A stretch of 64,000 nt of DNA from an uncultured virus (IMG/VR IMGVR_UViG_3300010938_000022) (Duplodnaviria; Heunggongvirae; Uroviricota; Caudoviricetes): the IMG/VR virus record IMGVR_UViG_3300010938_000022. One strand, written 5' to 3'. The notes beneath the pieces are model-generated. The model ran no database searches, was not told the DNA's origin, and saw only the letters and a list, made by a program, of their open reading frames with translations. Position 1 is the stretch's first letter; every line of letters begins with the position of its first letter. The translations under genes were made by a program, and so were the position numbers. Positions 32,709 through 43,100 of this stretch are shown here, piece after piece.

Positions 32709-33744
32709 GATTATGATCCCACTTTTTATATTCACCAATTTTCATTAGAGCGTATTCTACTGAATTTTCTTTAATTTCTTCTATTGTGTTGTCAATTTCA
32801 AATTTTGTTAACTTTGAATGATCATGTAATAATAGTTCTAATGCTTTATACTCGTCATTTAAATTTATATTGAATATAGCTGGATCATCTGTTCCCAATG
32901 TTACTTTACAACCTTTCATGATCATCTTTACTACTGGATGATACGCTGTACCTTGAGCGGTTTGCGGAACTTGTATAACTCCGGTATAGAAATTTGAATT
33001 TATTGCAACATCGAACGCAACATCATTATACTTGGCCATTGATAATATATATTCACTTTCTTCTGTAGCCGCTGTTATACCATGAGCTATTCTATCAACA
33101 CCTAGATCTTCTATAGCTATCTTAACATTCTCTGCTGATTGAGTTTCACCAGCATGTATTAATAGGCCCTTATCACATAATCTCCAATGTCTAAAGCAGT
33201 CTCTTAAGAAATTTTTATCGAAATGGCTTTCAGCACCAACGAAGTCAATGCCAACAACATCTTCTGCTACTTTCCAATGATGTATTAATTTGGATATTCT
33301 CTTGGAATTTACTTTAGCAGTTTCATACTGTAATGATAATATTGGTCCGATGATTACATTATACTTTGATGACCAATACTTTATTCTATTTAGAACAAAT
33401 AAACATGCAGTAGCCTCATCCCATGGTAGATGATTTAGATATTTTGTTATAGAGAATCTTAACTCGCAATATTCTATACCTTCTTCTGCTATGTCTTTAA
33501 TAGTGTGATTTATTACAGTATCTATATTGGCTTCATTCCATCTAATATAATTTAACATATTAAATTTTTGTAAAAATTTATGGAAAGTTAAATTTTTACA
33601 ATCATCATACTTATATGTAGTTGATTCCTCAACTGCTTTTAACGAATTAGCAAGTGATGATAATTGTGGTTGTGACTTAATAATGTCCCAAATTACTTTA
33701 GGTTTGATTGAGCCGCCAAGATGGCGATGAAGATCTATACGAAT
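32680..33744 (-). CDS. add: Adenosine/adenine deaminase; start extended to a probable ATT codon
   Basis: IDLHRHLGGS (upstream of the track start), GIDFVG.E, HAGET, DRIAHG, SN..TG, GTDDP. Confidence 0.88.
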   Translation of the reverse strand: MRIDLHRHLGGSIKPKVIWDIIKSQPQLSSLANSLKAVEESTTYKYDDCKNLTFHKFLQKFNMLNYIRWNEANIDTVINHTIKDIAEEGIEYCELRFSITKYLNHLPWDEATACLFVLNRIKYWSSKYNVIIGPILSLQYETAKVNSKRISKLIHHWKVAEDVVGIDFVGAESHFDKNFLRDCFRHWRLCDKGLLIHAGETQSAENVKIAIEDLGVDRIAHGITAATEESEYILSMAKYNDVAFDVAINSNFYTGVIQVPQTAQGTAYHPVVKMIMKGCKVTLGTDDPAIFNINLNDEYKALELLLHDHSKLTKFEIDNTIEEIKENSVEYALMKIGEYKKWDHNLNVDDGLNV

Positions 33745-33819
33745 AGTAATCCTTTCTAAATAGTTACGTAGTATATACTAATATAACATACTATGTAACT
33801 GCACATCAAATATATAAAT

Positions 33820-36363
33820 ATGAGTGAGTATATGAATAAAAATGATATCTATAATAAACTCAATGACATATTTTCAAAAGAAGATCTTGGACTATCTGAA
33901 GAATTAAAAAGCTATGAACATTATGTCACCATATCTGAAGCTCAAAGAGAAATGTTTGGTGGTAGAGATGCTCAAGGTCGTCCAGAAGGATTTAAGGACA
34001 ACAATATACCTGAGTTAAAACCAGAACCAACATTACCAGAGCCAAGAGTTAGCGATACTAAGAAAAAAATTAAAGCTACGCAAGAAGAATATACAAATCG
34101 TAGTGAATATGAAAAAGCATATAAAGCCCATTATGGAACTTGGCCACAAACTTATATTGATATTAAGCAAGAACCTGATAAACTTACAAAGTGGTTTAAA
34201 GATAAACTAGTGCCTTGGACAGCAAAAGCTAGTAAGGATAATGTTAAGGGAGTTTGGAATATAGTAAAAGGTGCTTTAGCCGATATGTCAGACCCAAAGT
34301 ATGGGTTTAGTAAAAAAACACTTGATAAATGGAGATTGCAGTTAGCAGATCGTTTAAGAAAAGTTAAGGAAGAGCCTAAAGGCGCAGAACCAGCAAAAGA
34401 CGCAGAACCAGCAAAAGACGCAGAACCAGCAAAAAGCGCAGAGTCAACTAAAGATCCATCAAGAACCAGTGGTGGCTATAGTGGCTATGAACATAAGATG
34501 AATAAGATTTTTGCTAGCTCTATTGCTAAGATACTTGGGAAAAATTTGAATTTTAAAACTCTAAATTTTAAACCGATCAACGCTATTAATGAAGATGAAG
34601 ATTGTGTTATTGACTATGGTATAATATGCGAGTATGTTTCACATAATTATACTATAGAAGATAATTTGATTTTATCAGAAGCAAATGAACTTGACGATTG
34701 GAGATATGTTGCCACATTAAAAGATGACAACAGAGAATTGATGTTGATGATTGGAGATAGATTCATAAAGGCTAAATGGATTAAACCAGAAGTAGAAAAA
34801 GAAGAGATTATTAGATGGAATATTGGAAAGGTCCAAGGTAAATCGAAAGAAGAAGCTATTACAAAGTATAAAAAACTAGTAATGGCCGAATTAAAAGATC
34901 TTGTTAGTAAATTAACTTCATCACAAGAATCTACAAAAGCTTCTGAAGGATTATATGATTTTAAAAAGAAAGTTGAACAAATACTTAAGAGAGATTCTGC
35001 TAGAATTAACATAGATAAATTTATTAAGAAGCACGAAGAGGCTATCAATAACAATAAAGATGCCATTGACTTTTTATTAATTAGAAAGCATGCCGTTAAA
35101 AAAGATGGTAAGCTTAATCACTCTGATGTTTCACAACCTTTAAGTGAAGTATGGGATGTTGAAATATCTAATTCAGATCCAGCACATATTTATTTATATC
35201 CTATTGGTGGCCTTGATTTTGCTAAAGTTAGGATTTATTTAAAAGGCAATAATATTATTGTTAAGAGCTTTTTCGATGGCAGAGAAACTGATACTAAAGA
35301 ATTAGATTCGGCTGAATTTAGTAGTTCTTTACCAAAGATGCTTGGTAGCTTGGATATTGCATATTTACAGAGACTGATAAGAAAAAGTGCTAACGCAGAT
35401 AAAAGAGCTGCTAAAAGAGCTGCTAAAGATGCTCCTCCAGCCGCTATTGCTAAAAAAGGGATTAGGAGAGGTAAAAAGCAAGAAGCTGCAGAATCTATTA
35501 AAGCTGCTAAAGATGCTCCTCCAGCCGCTATTGCTAAAAAAGGGGTTAGGAGAGGTAAAAAGCAAGAAGCTGCAGAGCCTATTAAAGCAGAGTCGAAAGA
35601 ATTATCAGATTTGATTTCTGAAAGTCTTGGACTTTCAGAAAGTTCAGTAGATGAGCCTTCAGATGAGCCTTCAGATGAGCCTTCAGATGAGCCTTCAGAT
35701 GAGACAGAAATAATGTTTGATGTTTGGTACCCAGGTTCTGGTAATTACAAAGTAACTTTAAACAATTTATTAACACCAGGATCTATTCCAGAAAAAGTTG
35801 TAAGAGATGCTTTAGCTAAAAAGGCAACCGAACTCAAAGACTTTATCTCTAGTGGTGACCAATTTTATGAATACTTAGTTGCAAATAGTGGTCCAATGAC
35901 AGGATCTGTATCATTTGCAAAAGACAAAGAAGGTACAGCTTTTGGCATAAAAGATGTTTCAAGTAATAAGCTTAGTAGATTAAAACATATTATTAAACAT
36001 TGGGAAAGTGCTTGGTTTGGTACTGGAGAGCCTGATCCAGTAGCACGTAGAAGTTTTTCAGATAGAGATTTGATTTCTTGGTATGCTGATGAAGGTGATG
36101 AACCACCAGAAGAAAGTGAACCATTTGAAGGCCCAACACCTAAGCCAAAGCCAAGAACAGCCGCAGAATTAAGATCACTTGATTGGATCGATGCTGCTGA
36201 TGTTAAAATAGGAGCATCTGTTCCTGGTGTACAAAAGTCTGAAACACCAGAGGATAAGCCAGTTGAACCTACTGTACCAGTTGAGCCTAAACAACCAGCA
36301 AAATCAGCGGCTGAAATGGCAAGGGAAAGATTAGCAGAGTTAATGAAAAAGAAACAATCTTAA
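33820..36363 (+). CDS. Large charged protein with internal repeats, possibly an internal head protein
   Basis: 847 aa; several (I/L)xE sites; tandem repeats. Confidence 0.6.
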   Translation: MSEYMNKNDIYNKLNDIFSKEDLGLSEELKSYEHYVTISEAQREMFGGRDAQGRPEGFKDNNIPELKPEPTLPEPRVSDTKKKIKATQEEYTNRSEYEKAYKAHYGTWPQTYIDIKQEPDKLTKWFKDKLVPWTAKASKDNVKGVWNIVKGALADMSDPKYGFSKKTLDKWRLQLADRLRKVKEEPKGAEPAKDAEPAKDAEPAKSAESTKDPSRTSGGYSGYEHKMNKIFASSIAKILGKNLNFKTLNFKPINAINEDEDCVIDYGIICEYVSHNYTIEDNLILSEANELDDWRYVATLKDDNRELMLMIGDRFIKAKWIKPEVEKEEIIRWNIGKVQGKSKEEAITKYKKLVMAELKDLVSKLTSSQESTKASEGLYDFKKKVEQILKRDSARINIDKFIKKHEEAINNNKDAIDFLLIRKHAVKKDGKLNHSDVSQPLSEVWDVEISNSDPAHIYLYPIGGLDFAKVRIYLKGNNIIVKSFFDGRETDTKELDSAEFSSSLPKMLGSLDIAYLQRLIRKSANADKRAAKRAAKDAPPAAIAKKGIRRGKKQEAAESIKAAKDAPPAAIAKKGVRRGKKQEAAEPIKAESKELSDLISESLGLSESSVDEPSDEPSDEPSDEPSDETEIMFDVWYPGSGNYKVTLNNLLTPGSIPEKVVRDALAKKATELKDFISSGDQFYEYLVANSGPMTGSVSFAKDKEGTAFGIKDVSSNKLSRLKHIIKHWESAWFGTGEPDPVARRSFSDRDLISWYADEGDEPPEESEPFEGPTPKPKPRTAAELRSLDWIDAADVKIGASVPGVQKSETPEDKPVEPTVPVEPKQPAKSAAEMARERLAELMKKKQS
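34384..34437 (+). repeat. 18-bp coding repeat x3 (AEPAKD)
   Basis: GCAGAACCAGCAAAAGAC. Confidence 0.9.
35419..35588 (+). repeat. 84-bp coding duplication (AAKDAPPAAIAKKG.RRGKKQEAAE.IK)
   Basis: Read directly from the sequence. Confidence 0.9.
35649..35703 (+). repeat. 12-bp coding repeat x4+ (DEPS)
   Basis: AGATGAGCCTTC. Confidence 0.9.
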
Positions 36364-37226
36364 TGAATTTAAATACTTTACATGAAAGTATTATCAAAGA
36401 ATCTTGCTTAATCTTAGAAGCTGGATATGGTAGAGTATTAAATTTTAACTATGATAAATTTAATACCGATCCAAATCCAAAAATTTTATATTTAGGAAGA
36501 TATAAAAACAAAAAAACTGGTAAAACATTAATTGGTGGTATCAACTTGAATTATTTAGATGATACACAAATTGAAAAATTACGTAACAATTTGAGATCTA
36601 TATTAAGGTCTGGTAGAACTTTAAAAGCTAGATGGCAAGCAGGAAATAAGTTACTACCTGATATATTTCCAAATACTGGTGGTAGAACTAACAGGGGTGG
36701 ATACAGAACATATGATTCTAGTATGATACATATTAGATCACAGTCAACGATTACACCACAAGATTTGGCTAAAGTTAAAACAAAAACTAAAAAGGATAAA
36801 ACAGTATCAAAGCCAGTTAGAGCTACTGATAAAGCCGCAGCACCAGTATCAAAACCAGTTAGAGCTACTGATAAAGCCGCAGCACCAGTGCCAAAGCCAG
36901 TTAGAGCTACTGATAAAGCTAAATCAGAATCACCAAAATTAGAACCAAAGGTTGAACCTGAAATAGACTTTGGAATAGAGCCTACTAAAGAGCCATTAAA
37001 ATCTGAAAAGCCTGAAATAGAACCCGAAGTAGAACCTGATGCTAAGCTACGTAATGTTGAAGCTCCATATCGTGGCCACGATGGTCGTGTTGTATATGAG
37101 CCAGAACAAGATATAGAACCTGAAGTAGAAATTGAACCAAGTGGATTTCCACAAGATCAAAGTCAAGATAAGCCACAAAAACCTCCTAAGCCAATTAGAA
37201 CAAGTAAGCTTAAGAAGAAGAAGTAA
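36363..37226 (+). CDS. Possible DNA end-protector (T4 gp2-like) domain with a Pro/Lys/Glu tail
   Basis: F.Y.....DP.P......GINLNYL...YRTY; MNLNTLHES leader. Confidence 0.45.
   Translation: MNLNTLHESIIKESCLILEAGYGRVLNFNYDKFNTDPNPKILYLGRYKNKKTGKTLIGGINLNYLDDTQIEKLRNNLRSILRSGRTLKARWQAGNKLLPDIFPNTGGRTNRGGYRTYDSSMIHIRSQSTITPQDLAKVKTKTKKDKTVSKPVRATDKAAAPVSKPVRATDKAAAPVPKPVRATDKAKSESPKLEPKVEPEIDFGIEPTKEPLKSEKPEIEPEVEPDAKLRNVEAPYRGHDGRVVYEPEQDIEPEVEIEPSGFPQDQSQDKPQKPPKPIRTSKLKKKK
36802..36919 (+). repeat. 42-bp coding repeat about x3 (VSKPVRATDKAAAP)
   Basis: Read directly from the sequence. Confidence 0.9.
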
Positions 37227-37233
37227 ATAATAT

Positions 37234-38829
37234 ATGATAGATGTAAGTAATAAAGAAAGTTTATTAAATTTCTTTAATAAATATAACCATTTAAATAATC
37301 ACGATTTGGCCATTATAGCTGGCAGATCATTAACCACAATACGCGAATGGAAACGTAGATGTGGATTATCTGTAGGCAAAAAGCCAATTGCCCCTTATAC
37401 TGTTTTTAAGAAAAAACTACCAACTCCGCCAGAAAATTGGGACTGCAAAGAGTGGTTTTATGACATGTATATAAATAAGAAGTATGGTGTTGGTATTATA
37501 GCACAATCTCTTCAACGTTCTATAACATTAGTTAAAAATAGATTAAAGAAATATGGTATTAAGTTAAGAACAGTTGCTGAAAGTAAAAAATCTAAGAATA
37601 AATATTGTAATGAAATATGGCTCCGTAAATATTATGAAGAACTAGGTTGGAGTGCTAAAAAGTGTTCTGAAGCTGCTGGAGTATGTATTACGACAATATA
37701 TGATTGGCTTGTATTATTTAAAATTAAGAAAAGAGATACAGTGTCATACGGTAACGACATTACTAAATCTTTAATAAATAAGCAGAAGTTTCTTTCTGAT
37801 ATTTCATTATTGAAAAACTGCGAAATTGTACAAGATGTCAAGTTATCTCACTCCAAATTTCTAAATGTTAAATTCAAATCTGGATTATCTGAATATTATA
37901 ATAGAAGTAAATTAGCAGTTCAAGACAGATTTAAAAAAGAGATTGTTGTTGGTACTCAATTTCCTACTTATCCTAACTCAGATGATGAGTTGAAAAAATT
38001 ATTTAGAATAGACAAAAAAGATTTCAAAAAAGCAGGCAGATTGGATGTTGATATTTGCATACATAAATTAGTGAAAACATTGTGCGATGAAAAATTTGTA
38101 TTACCAAAATATCCATTAAATATTTTAAAAGATGAATATGATAATATTTCGGCTACACCATATTTAGATAACAACCAACTTTTATTATATCCTAGTAAAA
38201 ATTCAAGATTTGTTGGAAGATATCTACAAGAACATTTTTATGATTTTTCTAATGATAAAAATAGATATGGCAGATCAATAGCAGATGGCTGGAATAATCC
38301 TAAGCATCTATGCTTTTGTATTAAGACACTAGCAAAACTAAATAGCGATGTTACAAGAACATCTATAATAAGAAGGTTTCCTAAATTACATATAAGGCAT
38401 GCAAGCGGGAAATTTTTTAGAAGTCCTGGCTTGTATTGTGCTTTGTTTAAACTTCTAAATCTAGAATATAAATGGATTCATGATAAGACACCATTTGGAT
38501 GGTCAAAAGCTATTGCATCGTCAAAATGTAATAATCAATATACTTATTCAGATGCCAATTTAAAAGTCAATGCAGACAATTATAATAATTTTTTAAATAG
38601 TATAAATAAAATTGGTAATACTGAATTGGCCTCAGATGACGATGTAAAAGCTGATATTTTAATGTTAGATTCTAATTTAGATGATAAACTTGATGTAACA
38701 CCATATTTAGATAAATTAGGGAAGAACTGGAAATCGATTATAGTAGTTTCAGACAACCTTAACTATGATATTAAAGTCTCCGCTGGCTTATATATAAGAG
38801 AAGATATATTCTTGAAAATATATAAGTAA
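37234..38829 (+). CDS. Multi-HTH protein fused to a degenerate methyltransferase-like domain (paralog of the 5303 C-terminus)
   Basis: Repeated W....Y....S...IA.....TI..WL HTH units; C-terminal similarity to 5303..6826. Confidence 0.6.
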   Translation: MIDVSNKESLLNFFNKYNHLNNHDLAIIAGRSLTTIREWKRRCGLSVGKKPIAPYTVFKKKLPTPPENWDCKEWFYDMYINKKYGVGIIAQSLQRSITLVKNRLKKYGIKLRTVAESKKSKNKYCNEIWLRKYYEELGWSAKKCSEAAGVCITTIYDWLVLFKIKKRDTVSYGNDITKSLINKQKFLSDISLLKNCEIVQDVKLSHSKFLNVKFKSGLSEYYNRSKLAVQDRFKKEIVVGTQFPTYPNSDDELKKLFRIDKKDFKKAGRLDVDICIHKLVKTLCDEKFVLPKYPLNILKDEYDNISATPYLDNNQLLLYPSKNSRFVGRYLQEHFYDFSNDKNRYGRSIADGWNNPKHLCFCIKTLAKLNSDVTRTSIIRRFPKLHIRHASGKFFRSPGLYCALFKLLNLEYKWIHDKTPFGWSKAIASSKCNNQYTYSDANLKVNADNYNNFLNSINKIGNTELASDDDVKADILMLDSNLDDKLDVTPYLDKLGKNWKSIIVVSDNLNYDIKVSAGLYIREDIFLKIYK

Positions 38830-38839
38830 GGAGCTTCTT

Positions 38840-39175
38840 ATGCCATTCATACCAGATGGGACAAACGAAAATTCTCATGAGAATATTACTGTTCGTTTTC
38901 AATTACCAATTATAAATGGGTTTGTACAACCAGCAGATAAACAAAAAACAATGAGTTCAAGAGTAACTCCAGCTGAAGTTATGACTGCAATACCTGGGGC
39001 AAGAGTTATTGACTATAGAAATGGTAGAATATACACAGAGGTTGATCAAGTAGACGGGCTTGAATATAGTAGTTCAAATGACAAGTTAGTGCTTGAATTA
39101 CCTGCAATCCAAGCTGATGCAGCATATGGCGTAGGTGAAGATTACCATCAAATTATAAGAGCTTTGGGGCTTTAA
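38840..39175 (+). CDS. Hypothetical protein
   Basis: AGGAG RBS. Confidence 0.6.
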   Translation: MPFIPDGTNENSHENITVRFQLPIINGFVQPADKQKTMSSRVTPAEVMTAIPGARVIDYRNGRIYTEVDQVDGLEYSSSNDKLVLELPAIQADAAYGVGEDYHQIIRALGL

Positions 39176-39828
39176 TGCGACTTCAAGAATTATTGTTAGA
39201 GGGTGTATTTCCAATTACTCCTAGCATGCGTTTATATGCTAAAGAAGCAGCAGAAATTATATATAATAAATTCAAAGAAGAAGAATTAGCCAGAAATGGG
39301 TGGAAGAAAAGTGTTTGGGTAACTGGCGATCATGTTCATACTGCAATGGTTGACGGTGGGAAATACGGCACCGCATTAGTAAGAACAGAGATTGATAATT
39401 CAATGAATTCTTCAGGATTAGCAGTAATTGATAAAAATCTTATTATTGTGAAGCCAAGAGATTACTTACCAATAGATTCTTATAGAGAAATAATCGAGCA
39501 CGAATTAGTACATTTGTTTGATCCTAAATTAAAGTCGAAATTTGATAATAAACCATGGGCATACCAAAAGCAGAATGCACATTTTAGATCTGATGAATAC
39601 TATAATTTGCCATGGGAAGTAGATGCTTATATAGCATCTCAGGCTAGATCTATGGTAAATTGGTATCTTCCAAGGCAACTAAATAAAGAGCAAATAAAAG
39701 ATAGAATACAAGCTCCAATAGCTAGGTCTGAATTTGAAAAGGCAATAGTAAATAATAAGAAGATTTGGAGAAAATATAAACGAGCATTAGCACAAGCTTA
39801 TTACGAAAAATATCAAGAGTATCCATAA
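39175..39828 (+). CDS. Zincin-like metallopeptidase with MRLQELLLE leader
   Basis: HELVH; Y...PWEVDA. Confidence 0.7.
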   Translation: MRLQELLLEGVFPITPSMRLYAKEAAEIIYNKFKEEELARNGWKKSVWVTGDHVHTAMVDGGKYGTALVRTEIDNSMNSSGLAVIDKNLIIVKPRDYLPIDSYREIIEHELVHLFDPKLKSKFDNKPWAYQKQNAHFRSDEYYNLPWEVDAYIASQARSMVNWYLPRQLNKEQIKDRIQAPIARSEFEKAIVNNKKIWRKYKRALAQAYYEKYQEYP

Positions 39829-40077
39829 TGGCTTTCCTAGGTTTAGAAGATATTATAAATAAAAGAAATCAACTAGCAAGTTATGCTGGTGGGAATTCTT
39901 ATTGGTTGATAGAAAGATTATACGGTAAAATGGTAGAAGTAACAGCATTTGAACCAAGTCCAAATACTTGTAGGAATGAATACTATTACAATTCAGCAAT
40001 GAATATATTATATAAAAAATTTAAAATANNNNNNNNNNATAGATGGCGCATATGTATGGAAGAAAATTAGCGTATAA
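39828..40077 (+). CDS. Hypothetical protein spanning an N-gap
   Basis: After the gap the frame IDGAYVWKKISV-TAA fits better than the track's frame. Confidence 0.5.
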
Positions 40078-40108
40078 GAAAATATACTTAAGAAGCATAG
40101 GATAAATA

Positions 40109-43100
40109 ATGGCAATATTCAAATTACCACCTGGAAGTGATCTTGTCGATGCTCAATTGGTTCAGGTAACTGGACCAGATGGCTTAGTACATGGCTTCCT
40201 ATATGACAGCAATACTAAAACTTTTTATGCAAAAGAAAGTCAAATAATAATACCATCGTCACATGGTAATACCCATATAGCTGCCGATCCTGTACCAAAT
40301 GCTACCCAAGTATTACCAGGATTGATGAGTGCTGATGATAAAGTTAAACTTGATGCAATGATGCAGATGCGCCTTGGTGTCTTGGGGTATCAAGGTAGTG
40401 GATTCCCAGATGATGGTGGTTGGATGCAAGGTGATATTATCTTTGCAGCTGGTTCAGAATTCATATCATTAGAAAGATTTGGAAATACAATTAGATTCAC
40501 AGTTGATAGTCCAATTCCGCTTAACTGTGCTTGCTTTGAACCTGGATGTAAAGTATTATTAGAAAATGGCACAGAAAAACCAATTGAAAATATTAGAATT
40601 GGTGATAAAGTTATCACACATACAGGAAGCGTAAAAACTGTAACAAAAACATTTATACGTGAATATGATGATGACATTATTGATATAAATACATATGGGC
40701 ATAATGGTAAATTTTCAGTAACAAAGGGCCATCCATTATATGCATATTCTGCTAAAGTTAATAGCAGAAGAACGTCTAAAATAAGAAATGCTACTGGATT
40801 AATATTAGATGATAAAGGTGAAAATTGGGTATTATCTCATGAAATTGAAAAAGACGATTTTTTAGTTAAAAGATATAGTCACAATAATGTTGTGGATATT
40901 AAGTATTTGGTATTATCAGAAATTTATAGCAAACAATATATTATATTAAATAATAAAATTTATAAGGCGTCAAGGCATAAGTCAGGCAAATTGTTTAAAA
41001 ATGGTATGGCTGTTGGCATACCAAATTCGTTATTAATAGATAATGATCTAATAAAATTTTTTGGATATTACCTTGCAGAAGGTTGTGCCAGTTATAAAAA
41101 TGGCATTAGATTTACAGTTCACAAAAATGAACTAGCTATAGGCGATATTGGATGTGAATTGATAAGAATTATACGTACAAAATTTGGTATAGAGCCAAAA
41201 GTTCGTGCGCATCCTACTTGCGATAATGCAGTAGAAATTCAGTTCTTTTCAAGCATCCTAGTAGATTTACTAAATGAATGGTTTGGAATTACGTCAAAAA
41301 CTAAGACTATTCCAACTTGGATATTAAATTTAGATCCACAATTACAATATAATTTAATTGTTGGAATACTTCAAGGAGATAGTAGTACACGTTTTTCTAA
41401 TAAAGGTACTATAAGAATAGAAATTCCAAACGAGCAATTGATTTCACAATTAAAGTTTATCTCTGAAAGATCTGGCTTAGAATTCAGAAGTTTTAAACCA
41501 AGAATTTGTACAACAGGATATAAATCAAGCAACTTAAATTATAATATTGAGTATACTGCAACACACAACAGACAACTATTTTACGATTTAACTGGTGTTA
41601 TGCCAGAAGAGTCAAAGGCTTACAATTATTTAAAAACAGAACGAGAAACTTTACATAAGGTAAGATCGGTATTGTATAGGAAGTATACTGGTAAAGTTTA
41701 TAATTTAGAGGTAGAGGACGATCATTCTTATGTTGTTGACGGGTTAGTAGTCCATAATTGTGAGGAGTGTGCTGAAATATTCTGGATTCAAGATGAAACT
41801 GACACCGCTTCAATACGCCCACCAAGTTGTGCTGGTAAATTACCAGGTGTTAATTCTTATGGGGAGCTAAAAGTTTACTTGATGCCAGAGAGCACGATAG
41901 TAGATCCAGCAAATCCAGTACCATCACTAAATTTAAAAGTCAATCAACCATCATTTATTTTTAAAAGATATGATGATGCAATAGCACCAGGAACTGCAGA
42001 AATTGATGTTGTTTTGAAACGTCGTAGTTCAGGTGTTACTAAAATTGGTTGGGCTATGACACCTGGTGCTCTTGGTGTTCCAGAATGTGTATGGATGATG
42101 GGCGATGATAATGGCGGTAATGAAATAAGATTTGAACTAGGCCCAGAATCAGAGCCAGGATTGCTTGGAATGCTCTTATATAAGGGGCATACTCTAACAA
42201 GGCAGATGGCTACAGTAACAGGCTACGATTCAACTATATTATCAACTAACTTGTATAAAGTTAGAAAATGGTCTGTACTAAATGAAGCTCCAGTAGGAGA
42301 AACATTAGATGCTAAAAATATCTGGAGATATGAAAATCCAGAAAATTCAGCAAGTTCAGCTACAAATCCAAAGAAATTAATATTAGATGCTACAATTGAC
42401 CTACTAGAAGTAGGAACCTTAGTTCAACTTTGGGGCTTCCAAATAGGTGAGGTAAACGGTGTTAGATTGTACCGTTGGTACTTTAATCTAAGACCAAGAT
42501 TTAATGAAAAGAACGCATACTCTTTATCTGGAATAATTAAATTTGGTGAATTACTTGAATCAAGAAACGAAGTAACTGGCCCAGGAATAACAGAATTAAC
42601 AGCGTATGATTCTAATGTATCAGATATAAGGTTATTTGAACGCACCCTATGGGGTATTACTGGATTTGAAGATAGACTGTTATTATCTGATGACGGTTTA
42701 GAGGTTAGTAGCAGCGCTACTGACGCAATTGCAACTAACGAACCATCAGGTGAAGCTATAAATAACGAATATGTAGCAGACATAGACCCATCATTACCTG
42801 GATTGAGAGTATTCAAAACAGATCCTGATACATATGCAGAGCGTCCTGTTTATATTTGGCATAGAGGAAACCATAACAATCTATATGCTAGAATGTTAAT
42901 TGGAAGACCAGATTCATCTGTTTTCCCTCCATATGATATCCTTTTAGGTGCACCAATTGATAGTCTTGATGACCTATACTTAAAAGTGATAAGAAGGGGA
43001 CAATTTACAAAGGGTCCATTTGCTGGTCAATACTATGTTGTAGTGAAAGGTGCTAACTTTAGAGATATTCCTCAAAGTGGTGATTTAAGAATATTAACAA

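Noticed and set aside
40039..40070. TAG stop of ORF 39828..40070
   Set aside because: Frame artefact of the N-gap; the better frame ends in TAA at 40077
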